This document shows, piece after piece, positions 1 through 10,725 of a stretch of DNA of 64,000 nt. How positions within the stretch are numbered: position 1 is the stretch's first letter; each line of letters begins with the position of its first letter. A model generated the notes under the pieces. That model worked only from the letters and a program-made list of their open reading frames with translations, made no database searches and was not told where the DNA came from. This DNA is from an uncultured Chloroflexia bacterium (GTDB lineage Bacteria; Chloroflexota; Limnocylindria; Limnocylindrales; CSP1-4): assembly GCA_963749705.1 (NCBI GenBank), contig CAVVNQ010000008.1, forward strand, positions 192,001 through 256,000. Direction: 5' to 3'. The translations under genes and the position numbers were made by a program.

Positions 1-957
1 CAGGTCGGCCGCCCAGTAGGCGATCTCGATCCGGCTCTCGCTCGGGTCGTACAGGCCCGCGTAGCCCCCGCTGGTGCGGCTCTCGGCCTCCTGGACGGCG
101 ACCGGGTCCGTATGCGGCCACGGCAGCCCGATCTCGGCAGCGAGCTCGGGCAGGCTGTTCGACAGCACGCCGCCCACCTTGTCCGCCCAGGTCGGGTCAT
201 CGGCCCACGCGCGCATGGTGAGCGCGATGGGCTGGCCGGCCGCGTTGATCGTCAGCGGCGTGTCCGCGTAGGTGGCATCGCGCTGGCCGGTGACGTACGC
301 GAAGAACGTGAGCGGCTCGGCGATGGGCCTGGTCGTGAGGCTGGTGCCGCCGGTGTCGGTTGTCCGGGTGTCGTCGAACGCCCCCGTGTCCACGGTGACC
401 GTGTAGCCGGGAGGAAACAGCACCGTGACCGTGCTGCCCTTCGCCCCGTCGCTGGCGAACGCCCAGACCGGGAACGAGGCAAGCACGCCCCCGATCCTGA
501 CCTGGGCATCGGGTGACCCGGCGGCATCCTTGACATCGAAGGTCAGCGTGAACGTCTGCGTCTTGCCGCTGTACAGCCTCGCCCCGAAGTCGATCCGCAG
601 CATCGTGTATGTCGCGTCGCGCTTGGTGACATGGACCGCCGCTCCCTTGGCGCCGGACAGCTTGACGTTCGAGATCCCGGGCAGGACCGCCAGGTTCGCG
701 CGCTCGAAGTAGTACCGGTGCGTCTTGGTCTCGGCCTTGTTGTTGCGGGCCGTGATCTTGACCGCGACGTGCACCAGCCGGCTCTCGGGCTGCAGCTCGT
801 ACGTCGCGTCGGTGACCAGGGTGAGGTCGGTCGCCGCTGCCCGCGCGACCGGCGCCGGCGCAAGCCCGATGGCGGGGGCCAGGAGCCCGACCACGATCAC
901 CGTCGCGATCGCCGCCAGGATCCGCGACATCCCGCGCCCCCGCGCGACCCCCGTCAT
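1..957 (-). CDS. Secreted protein, probable M1/MA-clan metallopeptidase-like (3' end runs off the window)
   Basis: ATG at 957 overlaps the TGA of the upstream gene (ATGA). Hand translation gives a signal peptide (SRILAAIATVIVVGLLAPAIG...ARA), a beta-rich body and a GGYAGLY motif near the edge. HEXXH is not visible inside the window. Confidence 0.6.
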   Translation of the reverse strand, partial: MTGVARGRGMSRILAAIATVIVVGLLAPAIGLAPAPVARAAATDLTLVTDATYELQPESRLVHVAVKITARNNKAETKTHRYYFERANLAVLPGISNVKLSGAKGAAVHVTKRDATYTMLRIDFGARLYSGKTQTFTLTFDVKDAAGSPDAQVRIGGVLASFPVWAFASDGAKGSTVTVLFPPGYTVTVDTGAFDDTRTTDTGGTSLTTRPIAEPLTFFAYVTGQRDATYADTPLTINAAGQPIALTMRAWADDPTWADKVGGVLSNSLPELAAEIGLPWPHTDPVAVQEAESRTSGGYAGLYDPSESRIEIAYWAADL

Positions 958-1595
958 GCCGGTGTCCCGGCGGCGTGCGTCCCGGCGGTGCCCGTCCCGG
1001 CGGCGTCGGTCCGGGCGGAATCCGCCCCGGCCGAGTCGCGCGGAGCCGGCTCGGTGTCCATCGGCCCGGGATCCACCAGCTCGCGGACCGCATCCCCGTA
1101 GCGTTCGAGGACGGTGCGACCCGGCCCCGGACCGGCTGCGGCGACGGGCTCGGCCGGCCAGCCGCCGGCCTTGAGCCATTCGACCGACTCCGCGTGGAAG
1201 CGGTCCGCGACGGCGAGCTGGCGCGCGATCGCCCGGCCCAGTGCGTCCCGGTCCACGGTCTCGATCGGGAGCTCGGCGACGAGCAGTGGCCGCTCGTCCT
1301 CGCCGATCGAGAACTTGACGAAGGGCAGCTCGTCGTTCCAGCGCAGCAGCTTGCGATACGACCGCCGGAACCCGTCGTTGATCGGCGGCGCGTAGTGCGC
1401 CCAGCAGATGAGCGCCAGCGCCGGGTCGAGGATCAGCGTGATCCGGAGCGCGGCGCGCCGACGCCCATCGAGGACCAGGTCCCAGGACGTGATTCCCTCG
1501 CGATCGGCGCGCTCCAGGGGCGCAAGACCGAGGTCGGCGAGCCAGCCCTCGACATCGGCCGGCCCACACGCCGACGCCCGGGGGGCGGTGGACAT
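954..1595 (-). CDS. YbjN-like domain protein
   Basis: Pattern LICWAHYAPP...YRKLLRWNDELPFVKFSI...LLVAELP. TAGACT lies 7 nt before the ATG. Confidence 0.7.
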   Translation of the reverse strand: MSTAPRASACGPADVEGWLADLGLAPLERADREGITSWDLVLDGRRRAALRITLILDPALALICWAHYAPPINDGFRRSYRKLLRWNDELPFVKFSIGEDERPLLVAELPIETVDRDALGRAIARQLAVADRFHAESVEWLKAGGWPAEPVAAAGPGPGRTVLERYGDAVRELVDPGPMDTEPAPRDSAGADSARTDAAGTGTAGTHAAGTPA

Positions 1596-1661
1596 GGCGG
1601 GGAGTCTACCGGAGGTCGCCGCAGCGCCCGGAGATCGTTCGATGCGAGCGGCGAAGGGCGA

Positions 1662-2996
1662 CTACTCCACGGCTGCCGAGGCGCGCCCGCCGGGCGCGAC
1701 GGGTTCGGCCGCGCTGGCGGTGGCTCGCCGGGCGGTGGCGGGCTTGCGATCGACCGTGCCGCCCGATCGGACCGTCCGGGTCGTGAAATCGCCCGAGCGA
1801 ACCTTCTCCCCGACCTTCACGTTGCGGCCCAGGCGCGTGCCCCGCGGCACCACCGACTGCTTGCCCACGACGGTGATCCCGGTGTTCAACCGGCCGGGCT
1901 CGGCCTTGTTGGGCGTGTCGAAGTCGGGCCCGTCGCCGATGATCGCGCCCTGGCCGATGACCACCTCCTTGTCCAGGATGGCCCGGTCGACGACGGCGCC
2001 GGAACGGATGACCGAGTCGAACATCACGATCGAGTCGCGGACCACGGCACCGACGTCGACCCGGACACCCGGGGAGAGCACGCTGTTGACGACGGTCCCG
2101 TTGATCACGCAGCCGTGCGAGATCAGGCTCCGGTGCACCTGCGCCGTGGACCCGATCTTGGCCGGCGCGCGCTCCTCGGACCGGGTGTGGATCAGCCATT
2201 CGCGGTCGTACAGGTCGAGCTCGGGCGTGTCCGCGAGCAGGGCCATGTTGGCCTCCCAGAACGACTGGATCGTGCCCACGTCCTGCCAGTAGCCGTCGAA
2301 CCGGTAGCCGAACACGCGCGCGCCGCCCTCGAGCATGGCCGGGATCACGTTCGTGCCGAAGTCCGTCAGGTCGTCGGACAGCCAGCGGCGCAGCGCGCGC
2401 TTGGAGAACACGTACACGCCCATCGACGCAAGGTCGCTCCTGGGCTGCTTGGGCTTCTCCTGCCAGTCGATCACGCGGTTCTGCTCGTCGAGCGCGAGGA
2501 TGCCCATCCGGGTTGCCTCGGCCAGCGGCACGCGGCGGACCGCGAGGGTCACGTCGGCGCGGTGCCGGCGGTGTGCCGCCAGGAACGGCGTGTAGTCCAT
2601 CTTGTAGATGTGGTCGCCCGACAGGATCAGGACGGCGTCGCCGGCCTCGCGTTCGACCACGTTGAAGTTCTGGAGCACCGCGTCAGCGGTGCCGCGATAC
2701 CACTCCGCGACCCGGCCCCGCCGGATGTACGGCTGGAGCAGCTTGACGCCACCCCTGGCCCGGTCGAGGTCCCACGGCCGCCCGAGCCCGATGTGGTCGT
2801 TGAGCGAGTGCGGGTTGTACTGGGTCAGGACCAGCACGTCGTCGACGCCGGAGTTGACGCAGTTGGACAGGGTGAAGTCGATGATCCGGTACTTTCCGCC
2901 GAACGGGACCGCGGGCTTGGCCCGCACCGACGACAGGATCGACAGGCGCTCGCCCTCACCGCCGGCGAGGATGAGCGCGATCACGGGCTTCACCAT
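1662..2996 (-). CDS. glgC: Glucose-1-phosphate adenylyltransferase
   Basis: [53 protein letters not shown] and C-terminal beta-helix repeats. GGAGG RBS. Confidence 0.95.
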   Translation of the reverse strand: MVKPVIALILAGGEGERLSILSSVRAKPAVPFGGKYRIIDFTLSNCVNSGVDDVLVLTQYNPHSLNDHIGLGRPWDLDRARGGVKLLQPYIRRGRVAEWYRGTADAVLQNFNVVEREAGDAVLILSGDHIYKMDYTPFLAAHRRHRADVTLAVRRVPLAEATRMGILALDEQNRVIDWQEKPKQPRSDLASMGVYVFSKRALRRWLSDDLTDFGTNVIPAMLEGGARVFGYRFDGYWQDVGTIQSFWEANMALLADTPELDLYDREWLIHTRSEERAPAKIGSTAQVHRSLISHGCVINGTVVNSVLSPGVRVDVGAVVRDSIVMFDSVIRSGAVVDRAILDKEVVIGQGAIIGDGPDFDTPNKAEPGRLNTGITVVGKQSVVPRGTRLGRNVKVGEKVRSGDFTTRTVRSGGTVDRKPATARRATASAAEPVAPGGRASAAVE

Positions 2997-3138
2997 CCGT
3001 CGTTCCTCCGGGAGGGGGACCTTCCAGCCGCGATGCTAGCACCGGGGTCGGTCGCGGAATCATCGGGGACCGCGGTGTGCCGTGGCGTCCACGGGCCATG
3101 GGTCACCGCCGTTGACGACGGGTGAGGCGTCGTGCCGG

Positions 3139-4497
3139 TCAGACGAACAGCCGGGGGTTGGCGAAGTTGCCGTTGAGCTCGACCATCCAGTGCAGGTGCG
3201 CGCCGGTCGAGTGACCCGTGTTGCCCTCGTAGCCGATGACCTCGCCCTTGCTCACGACCTGACCGGCCCTGACCGGGTAGCGCGACTGCAGGTGGGCATA
3301 CCAGGTGGTCAGGTTCGAGGCGTGGGCGATGATGACGATCCAGGCGGGGTCGGCGCCGTCCGCGTAGTTCCAGCCGATGTACACCACGCGCCCGGCGGCG
3401 GAGGCGCGGACGGGCGTGCCGTAGGCGGCGACGATGTCGATCCCGTTGTGGTAATGCGAGCAGCTGCCGTACGCGGGCTCCCACGAGAACCCGGTGCAGC
3501 CGAAGTCCTGGGTGACCGTTCCGGACATGGGCCAGATCAGCGTCCCGTTGTACTGCGACGGGATGTTCCCATGGCTGAACTGGGCGGCGACCAGCTGGTC
3601 GATCTTCTTCTGCAGCTTCTTCTTCGCCGACTCGGCGCTGGCCATCGCCTTCTTGAGCTTGGCGGCGTCGGCGCTCATCCTCGCGTAATCCGCCTTCTGC
3701 GCGGCGAGATAGGCCTTGACGGCCTTCTCGAGCTTGGCGAGCTTCGCCTGCGTCTTCTTGAGCTCCGCCAGCTTCAGCTCGAGCTCATCCTTCTGGACCC
3801 CGGCCTCCTGGCTCAGCTCGGTCGTCGCGGCCTGCGTCTGCTCCACGGTCTGGTGGAGCGACAGCAGCGTCTCCCGATCCGTCGCGATCTGCGCTGCGAG
3901 GAGGCGAGCCTGGTCCGCGGCGTCGAGCTGCGCGCTCATCTCGGCGAGCATGTCCGTGAACGACGCCCCGGACAGGAGCGTCTCGAGCATCGACGTCCGC
4001 TCGGCTTCGTAGGCCTGCCGGATCCGCTCGGCCAGCTCGGCCTTGCGGGCGCCGAGCTCCTCCTTCTTCTGCGCCTCCTGCGCCTCGATCCTCTGGAGCT
4101 CCTGGGTGAGGGACTCGAGCTGGCTATCGAGCGCCTCGATCGTCTTCTTGACGGCGGCCACGTCAGCCGCCATCGCATCGACCTGCTTGCGGGTCGCCGC
4201 GAGGTCCTCGGTGATGCCGTTCAGCTTCGTCTTGGTCTGGGCGATCTGCCCCTGGAGCCGCGCCTGCGACGCGTTGAGGCTCGCGATCAGCTTCTTCTGG
4301 TCGCTGATCTTCCTGGCCAGGGCCGCCTGCTGCGCCTGGGCATCGGCCAGGTCGTCGGCAGCCACACGGGTGGGGGTCACCGCCGGTGCGGCGATCATGC
4401 CGAGGACGAACGGGATCGTCAGCAGGGCGAGGAGGAAGCGGCGGCGGCGGTCATGTCCGGACCGCGGGAAGTGCTGCGCGACCTTGTGGCGTGTCAA
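3139..4497 (-). CDS. Coiled-coil + M23 peptidase domain protein (EnvC/NlpD-like)
   Basis: Signal/TM segment, long coiled coil, and intact M23 motifs HNGID, YAHL and STGAHLH. Confidence 0.9.
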   Translation of the reverse strand: MTRHKVAQHFPRSGHDRRRRFLLALLTIPFVLGMIAAPAVTPTRVAADDLADAQAQQAALARKISDQKKLIASLNASQARLQGQIAQTKTKLNGITEDLAATRKQVDAMAADVAAVKKTIEALDSQLESLTQELQRIEAQEAQKKEELGARKAELAERIRQAYEAERTSMLETLLSGASFTDMLAEMSAQLDAADQARLLAAQIATDRETLLSLHQTVEQTQAATTELSQEAGVQKDELELKLAELKKTQAKLAKLEKAVKAYLAAQKADYARMSADAAKLKKAMASAESAKKKLQKKIDQLVAAQFSHGNIPSQYNGTLIWPMSGTVTQDFGCTGFSWEPAYGSCSHYHNGIDIVAAYGTPVRASAAGRVVYIGWNYADGADPAWIVIIAHASNLTTWYAHLQSRYPVRAGQVVSKGEVIGYEGNTGHSTGAHLHWMVELNGNFANPRLFV

Positions 4498-5057
4498 CGA
4501 GAAGGCGTCCTCATCTCGCGCGAGCGGTCACGCCATCGCATTGGCCTGAATGGCGCGACCCTTCGCCGGACCTGGCGCCGTCCGAGTGGGCACTCCCGAG
4601 ACGACCTCTGCCGGTTTCCAGCGCAGTGTACCAGCGGCCCGCAACGTATCGGCGGCATTACATTCCCGCTGACGCCCGCGGGAGCTCCCGTTCCGTCGGC
4701 CGCCGCGGCTCGCGTTCCGTGCCCGGCTCGAGCTCCGGTTCCGTCGCCCACCGCCACGCGCGGTGCTAGAGGCCCAGGGGCGCCTATCTGCTGTCAGGCA
4801 CCGCGGTGACCGGTGCTAGACCGACCCGGCGTTGATCGGAGCCGCATCGGCCGACTTTCGCGTGCGTGACCGACAGCTGGCGCGTGGCAAAAGGGTGGCA
4901 GGAACCAGGACAACACCACGCTCGGCGGTATGTGGCAGAAAGTGCGGACGGGCGACAGTCCGGCGGGCGAACCGGGCGCGAGGGTACGGCCGGGCGAAAC
5001 GGTACGGCCGGCTGGCGACGCCCGGGCCGGCGACGGTCCGGCGTTCAGGTCACGACC

Positions 5058-5696
5058 CTAGCGGATGACCAGGATCGCCCACATCGCGCCGAAGATCAGG
5101 AACGGCCCGAACGGGATGTACGTCTTGAGGGTGATCCGCCGCGCGACGAGCAGGACGATGATCACGACGCCGGCCAGCAGCGCCCCGTAGACGACGCCCG
5201 AGAACATCCGGAACGGTCCCGTCAGCAGGCCGACCGACACCAGCAGCTTCAGGTCCCCCATGCCGATCGCGCCCTCGCCGAACGGGATGGCGACGACCGC
5301 CAGCGCCAGCGGAACCGCAATCGCAACGGCGATCGCGAGCGGGAGGTCGCCGACCGTCACCAGCGGATCGAGCCCGAGCAGCACGAACCCCAGCGCCAGC
5401 GGGATCGCGGGAAGGGTGATGACGTCCGGCAGCAGCCGCTGGTCGAGATCGGTGGCGAGGAGCAGCACCAGGGCGACGAGGTATGCGCCGAAGACCAGGC
5501 TCGATGCCGGCTCCTCGAACCGGGCCGCGAGCGCGCCGAGGGCGAGCGCCCCGGTGACCGTCCCGACCACGGTCCGCCAGTCGATCGGCCTGACGCTGCC
5601 GTCGTCGTGCGCGGGCCAGCGAGCGCCGATCCGGTCCGCGGCAAATCCCCAGCCCGCGCCGAGGACCGCCAGAACCGCCGCGAGGGGTGTGATCAC
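5058..5696 (-). CDS. Prepilin peptidase (A24 family)
   Basis: TDLDQRLLPD, GMGDLKL and IPFGPFL motifs in a hydrophobic protein. GTG start chosen from TAGACT 7 nt upstream. Confidence 0.85.
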   Translation of the reverse strand: MITPLAAVLAVLGAGWGFAADRIGARWPAHDDGSVRPIDWRTVVGTVTGALALGALAARFEEPASSLVFGAYLVALVLLLATDLDQRLLPDVITLPAIPLALGFVLLGLDPLVTVGDLPLAIAVAIAVPLALAVVAIPFGEGAIGMGDLKLLVSVGLLTGPFRMFSGVVYGALLAGVVIIVLLVARRITLKTYIPFGPFLIFGAMWAILVIR

Positions 5697-5753
5697 GGAG
5701 CGGAGTCTATCGGGCCGGGATGCACGGCTGGACGCCATCGCCCCCGGCGCAGG

Positions 5754-7265
5754 TCAGCTCCCGGCGGCCCCCGACAGCGCGAGCTCGACCAGCGTGGCGT
5801 GGGTCACGCCCGTGGCGCCGCGCGCGGCGTACGGGTAGGCCTTGCGGAAGTAGGCGCTGCCGCCGATGTCGAGATGGGCCCACGGCACGGTTCGGAACTG
5901 CTCCAGGAACAGCCCGCTCTTGACGAGCGAGCCGTCGCTGGTGCCGGTGTTCTCGAAGTCCGCATACCAGCTGGCCATCTCGGGCATGTAGTCCTTGACC
6001 AGCGGGATCCGCCAGTACCGCTCGCCCGCGCGTGCGGCCGCGGCCGACACGTCATCCCACCAGGGATCCGGCGTCGCGAACACGCCGGTCACGAGGTTGC
6101 CGATCGCGCGTCCGACGGCGCCCGTCAACGTGGCCACGTCGACGATGTGCGTCGCGCCCAGCTGCTCGGCGTAGGTCATCGCGTCGGCCAGGATCAGTCG
6201 TCCCTCGGCGTCGGTGTTGATGATGTCGACCCATTTGCCGTTGAGGGCCTTGACGATGTCGCCGGGGCGCGAGGCATGCCCGCCGGGCATGTTCTCGACC
6301 GCGGGCGCAACGGCGAGCAGCGGCATCCCGGGCGCGAGCCGCGAGGCCGTGGCGATGGCCGCGATCACGGTGCACGCACCGGTCTTGTCCATCTTCATCT
6401 CTTCCATCCCGCCGGACGGCTTGATGCTGATGCCACCGGAGTCGAAGCACACGCCCTTACCGACCAGCGCGAGATGGCGGTCGAGCTTGTCCCTGGCACC
6501 CTCCGCACCCGAGCGCATCACGATCATCCGCGGCGGGTTGTCGCTGCCCTTGCCGACCGCGAGGAACAGGTTCATGCCCATCTCGGCGGCGCGCTTCTCA
6601 TCGATGACGTCGATCCACAGGCCGTGGGCTTCGGCGATCGCGCGCGCCTCCTCGGCGAGGACCTCCGGCGAGACGTCGTTCGCGGACCGGTTGGCGAGCC
6701 GACGGGCGATGTTGGCGCCATCCCCGATGATCTGGCCCCGCTCGGCCGATCGGGTGACCGTCGCGGCGTCCGCGCCGGGCGCGATCAGCACGAGCTCGTC
6801 CAGCTGCGGCGGCGCCTCATCGGAGTCCAGGCGGTAGATCGTCTTGGGATCGAAGGTCCCCTCGACGACGCCCCGGGCCACGAGCTCGGCGGCCAGCGGC
6901 ATCCCGCCGTCGAGGTGGTCGGCGAGCGGCGACAGCCAGACGGCCATCGTGGTGGCCTCGCGATCGATCAACCGGCGAATCGCCGTCGCGCCCATCCGGC
7001 GGGCGGTCTCACGGTCGAGGACCAGCGCGTCGCCCGTGGCCACCATCAGGACATGTCGGACCGGGAGGTCACCGGAGGCCGCGAGGGTCTTCGGGTACCG
7101 GCGCCCGCGCAGCTCGCCGAAGGTGGCCAGCGCCCGAAGCTCGCCACCGGTTCGACGGTCGAGCACGTCGAGATCCCCGGTGAAGTCGGGGTCGCCGACC
7201 ACGGGGATGACGAGGAGGTCGGCAGCGACCTCCCACGGCTGGTCGGTGACGACGCGGATCTGCAC
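5754..7265 (-). CDS. pepA: Leucyl aminopeptidase (M17)
   Basis: VGKGVCFDSGGISIKP, MKMDKTGA, NTDAEGRLILAD, VATLTGA and WAHLDIG. GGAGG RBS before GTG 7265. Confidence 0.92.
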   Translation of the reverse strand: MQIRVVTDQPWEVAADLLVIPVVGDPDFTGDLDVLDRRTGGELRALATFGELRGRRYPKTLAASGDLPVRHVLMVATGDALVLDRETARRMGATAIRRLIDREATTMAVWLSPLADHLDGGMPLAAELVARGVVEGTFDPKTIYRLDSDEAPPQLDELVLIAPGADAATVTRSAERGQIIGDGANIARRLANRSANDVSPEVLAEEARAIAEAHGLWIDVIDEKRAAEMGMNLFLAVGKGSDNPPRMIVMRSGAEGARDKLDRHLALVGKGVCFDSGGISIKPSGGMEEMKMDKTGACTVIAAIATASRLAPGMPLLAVAPAVENMPGGHASRPGDIVKALNGKWVDIINTDAEGRLILADAMTYAEQLGATHIVDVATLTGAVGRAIGNLVTGVFATPDPWWDDVSAAAARAGERYWRIPLVKDYMPEMASWYADFENTGTSDGSLVKSGLFLEQFRTVPWAHLDIGGSAYFRKAYPYAARGATGVTHATLVELALSGAAGS

Positions 7266-7441
7266 GGGAGAACGTCCTCCAGGAACACCACGAGCGGCTG
7301 CGATCGGCCGGCGTCGTGGCGAATGGCAACGCGGGATGTTGCCAAGAGTGTAGTCGGGGCGATGGTCGGGATGCCGCGCGCCGGGACCGCGTCCGGCCGG
7401 GGACGGCGGCAACGCGATCGGCCGCGCAGACGGAACGAGGA

Positions 7442-8416
7442 TCAGCCCGGCAGCTCCGGCCCCTGCTGGAGGCGATGCTGCGCGTTGAGCGCGGCGTTGA
7501 GCGAGCCGCGTGCCTGCTCGATCGAGATCACGGCCTGGTTGAGCCCGCCTCGAGCGACGTCGGACATGATCAGCACCAGCCCCCGGTTGTCGGCAGGCAG
7601 GTCGGCGAGCGCCGCCTCCTCGGCGGTGAACGCCGCGCGGATCGCGTCGGTGATCCGCCCCTTGGAGTCGAGCAGGTCCTGGTACAGCGTCCGGAGCGCG
7701 GCATCGTAGGCGTCCAGCCGGCGCAGCCACTCGTCGAGCGTCGACACGTCGGTCGTTGCGGCCAGGCGATCGCGAAGCGATCTCACCCGGGCCATGGTGG
7801 CGTCGGAGCCGTCGAGCTCCTTGAGCGCGGCGGCATAGTGCGCGGCCGATCCCTGCCTGGCGGCAGCCGCGGTCTGCTGGTCGTGCTCGGAGAGCAGCCC
7901 GAACAGGCTCGCGGCGTCGTTGGCGCGACCGGTGAACGCCGCCCAGTCGGCCGCGAGCCCGATGGTGAGCAGGCGCGTGGAGCCGAGCTCGTCGAACCGC
8001 TCGCGGAGATCCGCCGACAGGCGCAGGGCCGCGCCGCTGCCGGTTCCGGGCACCTCGGCGAGGCTCGCATCGAGCGCCCTGGACTGGGCATCGACCGCAC
8101 CGAGCTCGGCCGTCCCGGTGGCGATCGTGTCGTGGAGCGAATCGAGCTGGCCCGCGATCACCTGGGCCAGGGCCAGCCGGGCGGTCGTGCCGAGCGTCTC
8201 GACCCTGGTGGTGAGTCGCTCGAGCTCCGTGGTGGCCGCGTCGAGCGCCGGACGCGCGGCCTCATCGCCCGCCCAGGTCAGCTCCGCCCGGCTCGGGGTG
8301 CCGGGGACGTGGTCCATCGCGGCCACCAGGCCGGCGCCGCCGAGCGCGACGAGGATCGCGAGCAGGAGCCACACGAGGCGGACGACGAACCCTCGAGCGG
8401 CATGGACAACGGTCAC
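7442..8416 (-). CDS. Membrane-anchored helical hypothetical protein
   Basis: N-terminal TM helix and amphipathic helical body. TACCCT 7 nt before the GTG. Confidence 0.65.
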   Translation of the reverse strand: MTVVHAARGFVVRLVWLLLAILVALGGAGLVAAMDHVPGTPSRAELTWAGDEAARPALDAATTELERLTTRVETLGTTARLALAQVIAGQLDSLHDTIATGTAELGAVDAQSRALDASLAEVPGTGSGAALRLSADLRERFDELGSTRLLTIGLAADWAAFTGRANDAASLFGLLSEHDQQTAAAARQGSAAHYAAALKELDGSDATMARVRSLRDRLAATTDVSTLDEWLRRLDAYDAALRTLYQDLLDSKGRITDAIRAAFTAEEAALADLPADNRGLVLIMSDVARGGLNQAVISIEQARGSLNAALNAQHRLQQGPELPG

Positions 8417-8574
8417 GTGGCGGAGGGTAGCGGGTCGGTGCGGCCGGCGTCACCGGCGTCACCCGTCTGCGCGGGCTCGCCGCGTAACGCCCGCGCGGGG
8501 CGCTCGCCCGGGACGCCCGCGGGGCGCTCACCCGGTAGCGCCCGCGGGGCGCCGGCCCGCGAGCGACGACGAGA

Positions 8575-9522
8575 TCAGCTCGCGTCGGGCTCCTGATCGC
8601 GGACCCTTCGTCGCAGGTGGGTGAGGCCGCCCTCCATCGGACGCGGCTCGAAGCCGAACGCGGTCCGGACGCCGTCCAGCGCGCCCACGTTGTCATATTT
8701 GAGCTGGCGCAGCTGGTCGGTGGCCACGGGGAACGGCAGCCGGATCGCCTCGGCCGCGGCGGCAACCAGGCGGATCAATGCGACGGGCACCGGCACCAGC
8801 AGCCGCCGCTTGCCCATGCCGCGCAGCACCTCCTCCATCAGCTCCCGGTAGGTCCACACCCGCGGTCCCCCGAGCTCGTACTCGTGGCCGATCGTCCGGT
8901 CGTCCGCAAACGTGAGGACGGTCGCACGCGCGAGGTCCTCGATCGCCAGCGGCTGGAACCGCGCCTCGCCCGTGCCCGTGATGGGCACGATCCCTGGGGA
9001 CATGCGCACGAGGCCGGCGAGGATGTTGAAGAACCCGTCGCGCGGCCCGAACAGGAGCGACGGGCTGAGGATGGTCCAGTCGAGCCCGCTCTCGCGGACC
9101 AGCGCCATCGCCCTGGCCTTCGAGCTCGCGTAGTGAAGCTGTGGCTCGTCGACGACCCCCAGGGCGCCGAGGTGGACGAACCTGCGAATGCCCGCGTTCC
9201 CGGCCGCGACGAGGACGTTGCGCGTGCCCTCGGTGTTGACCAGGCGCAGGCTCGCACCGCCGTCCCAGTCGCGCGGGAGCGCGGCGAGATGGAGCACGGC
9301 GTCGGCGCCGGCGATCGCCGAGGCAAGGGTGTCGGGTGCCGTGACGTCACCCGCGCGGGTTTCGATGCGGGCTTGCCGGGCGGGACCGAGGCGACGGGTC
9401 ACCTCGTCCGCGGCATCGTCGTCGCGTACGAGCCCCAGGACGTCATGACCGGCATCGATCAGGGCCGGCACAAGGTGGCTGCCGACGAAGCCGTTGGCGC
9501 CGGTGACGAAGATGGTCGACAT
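8575..9522 (-). CDS. NAD(P)-dependent epimerase/dehydratase (atypical SDR, NDUFA9-like)
   Basis: VTGANGFVG Rossmann motif, YASSK and FQPLAIEDLA. Confidence 0.9.
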   Translation of the reverse strand: MSTIFVTGANGFVGSHLVPALIDAGHDVLGLVRDDDAADEVTRRLGPARQARIETRAGDVTAPDTLASAIAGADAVLHLAALPRDWDGGASLRLVNTEGTRNVLVAAGNAGIRRFVHLGALGVVDEPQLHYASSKARAMALVRESGLDWTILSPSLLFGPRDGFFNILAGLVRMSPGIVPITGTGEARFQPLAIEDLARATVLTFADDRTIGHEYELGGPRVWTYRELMEEVLRGMGKRRLLVPVPVALIRLVAAAAEAIRLPFPVATDQLRQLKYDNVGALDGVRTAFGFEPRPMEGGLTHLRRRVRDQEPDAS

Positions 9523-9644
9523 GCTGGCGCTCCGATATCACGAAAGTTGCTATCCAACGGTAGCACGATATCGTCGATCGAGCAACGCCCGGCTCGGGGT
9601 TGGCCGGCTCGATGGATGCCCGCCCACCGGCCTACCATGCGGCC

Positions 9645-10709
9645 ATGAGCGACCTCGATCCGCGCACGCTGCGCGCGCTCGTCCGTGCGATGCCCAAGGC
9701 GGAGCTGCACCTCCACCTCGATGGCTCGCTGCGCGTGGACACGGCGCTGGACATCGCCCGGACCCGAGGCGTGGACGCGCATCGCACGTTCGAGGGGATG
9801 CGCGCCGCGCTCGTCGGGCCGGACCAGGCGGCCGACCAGGCGCAGCTGCTGCTCGCGTTCGACCTGCCGATCGCCCTGCTCCAGGACGCCGAGGCGCTGG
9901 AACAGGCGGCCGCCGACCTGGTCGAGGACAAGGCGTTCGACAAGGTGCGCTACGTCGAGATCCGCTGGGCCCCGTTGCTCCACACGACGGGAGGCCTCAC
10001 CGGCCGCCAGGTCGTTGACGCCGTCGCGCGGGGCGCCGGCTCGATGGCGCGCCGGACGGGGGTGGAGGTGCGCCTGATCGCGACGCTGCTGCGGTCGCAT
10101 CTGCCCGAGGTCAACCTCGCGTTCATCGAGGACCTCGAGGCGCGGGGGCTGCCGGCGGGCCTGGTGGGCGTGGACCTGGCCGGCCAGGAGGCCCGGTTCC
10201 CCGATCCCGAGCGGCATCGCCCGGCGATCGACCTCGCGCGCCGGATCGGGCTCCACGTGACCCTCCACGCCGGCGAATGGGGCGGCTCCGCGCAGGTGCG
10301 TCGGGCCCTGACCCTGGATCCGGAACGGATCGCCCACGGACCGCTCGCGATCGACGATCCGGAGCTCGTCCGCGACCTGGCCACGACGGGGGTGTGGCTG
10401 GACCTGTGCCCCACCTCGAACGTCCAGGCCGGCATCGTGCCCACGCTCGCGGATCATCCGCTCGCCCGGCTGCTGCGGGCCGGCGTCCGGGTCACGCTCA
10501 ACACCGACGACCTCACGGTTTCCGACGTGTCGCTGTCCGACGAGTACGTGCGCGCGGTCGAGCACATCGGGCTCACGGTCCGTGAGCTGTGGGGCGTGGA
10601 CCTGGCCGCGCTCGACGCCGCCTTCTGCGACGAGCCGACGCGAGAGCGGCTGCGCGCCCAGTTCCTCGCCTGGGGCGCCGGGATCCCGGAGCTGGCGCCA
10701 ACCGACTGA
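9645..10709 (+). CDS. add: Adenosine deaminase
   Basis: PKAELHLHLDGS, HAGE, RIAHG, CPTSN and NTDD. Confidence 0.92.
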   Translation: MSDLDPRTLRALVRAMPKAELHLHLDGSLRVDTALDIARTRGVDAHRTFEGMRAALVGPDQAADQAQLLLAFDLPIALLQDAEALEQAAADLVEDKAFDKVRYVEIRWAPLLHTTGGLTGRQVVDAVARGAGSMARRTGVEVRLIATLLRSHLPEVNLAFIEDLEARGLPAGLVGVDLAGQEARFPDPERHRPAIDLARRIGLHVTLHAGEWGGSAQVRRALTLDPERIAHGPLAIDDPELVRDLATTGVWLDLCPTSNVQAGIVPTLADHPLARLLRAGVRVTLNTDDLTVSDVSLSDEYVRAVEHIGLTVRELWGVDLAALDAAFCDEPTRERLRAQFLAWGAGIPELAPTD

Positions 10710-10725
10710 CCCGGGCGAGCGCGCG

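Noticed and set aside
4760-4820. CIRCE element (GTGCTA half-sites)
   Set aside because: The copies are direct, about 50 bp apart, not inverted with a 9-bp spacer, and no chaperone gene is adjacent.
8465-8560. GC-rich ~23-bp imperfect tandem (CGCCCGCGGGGCGC...)
   Set aside because: Low-complexity intergenic repeat with no unique spacers or associated gene.
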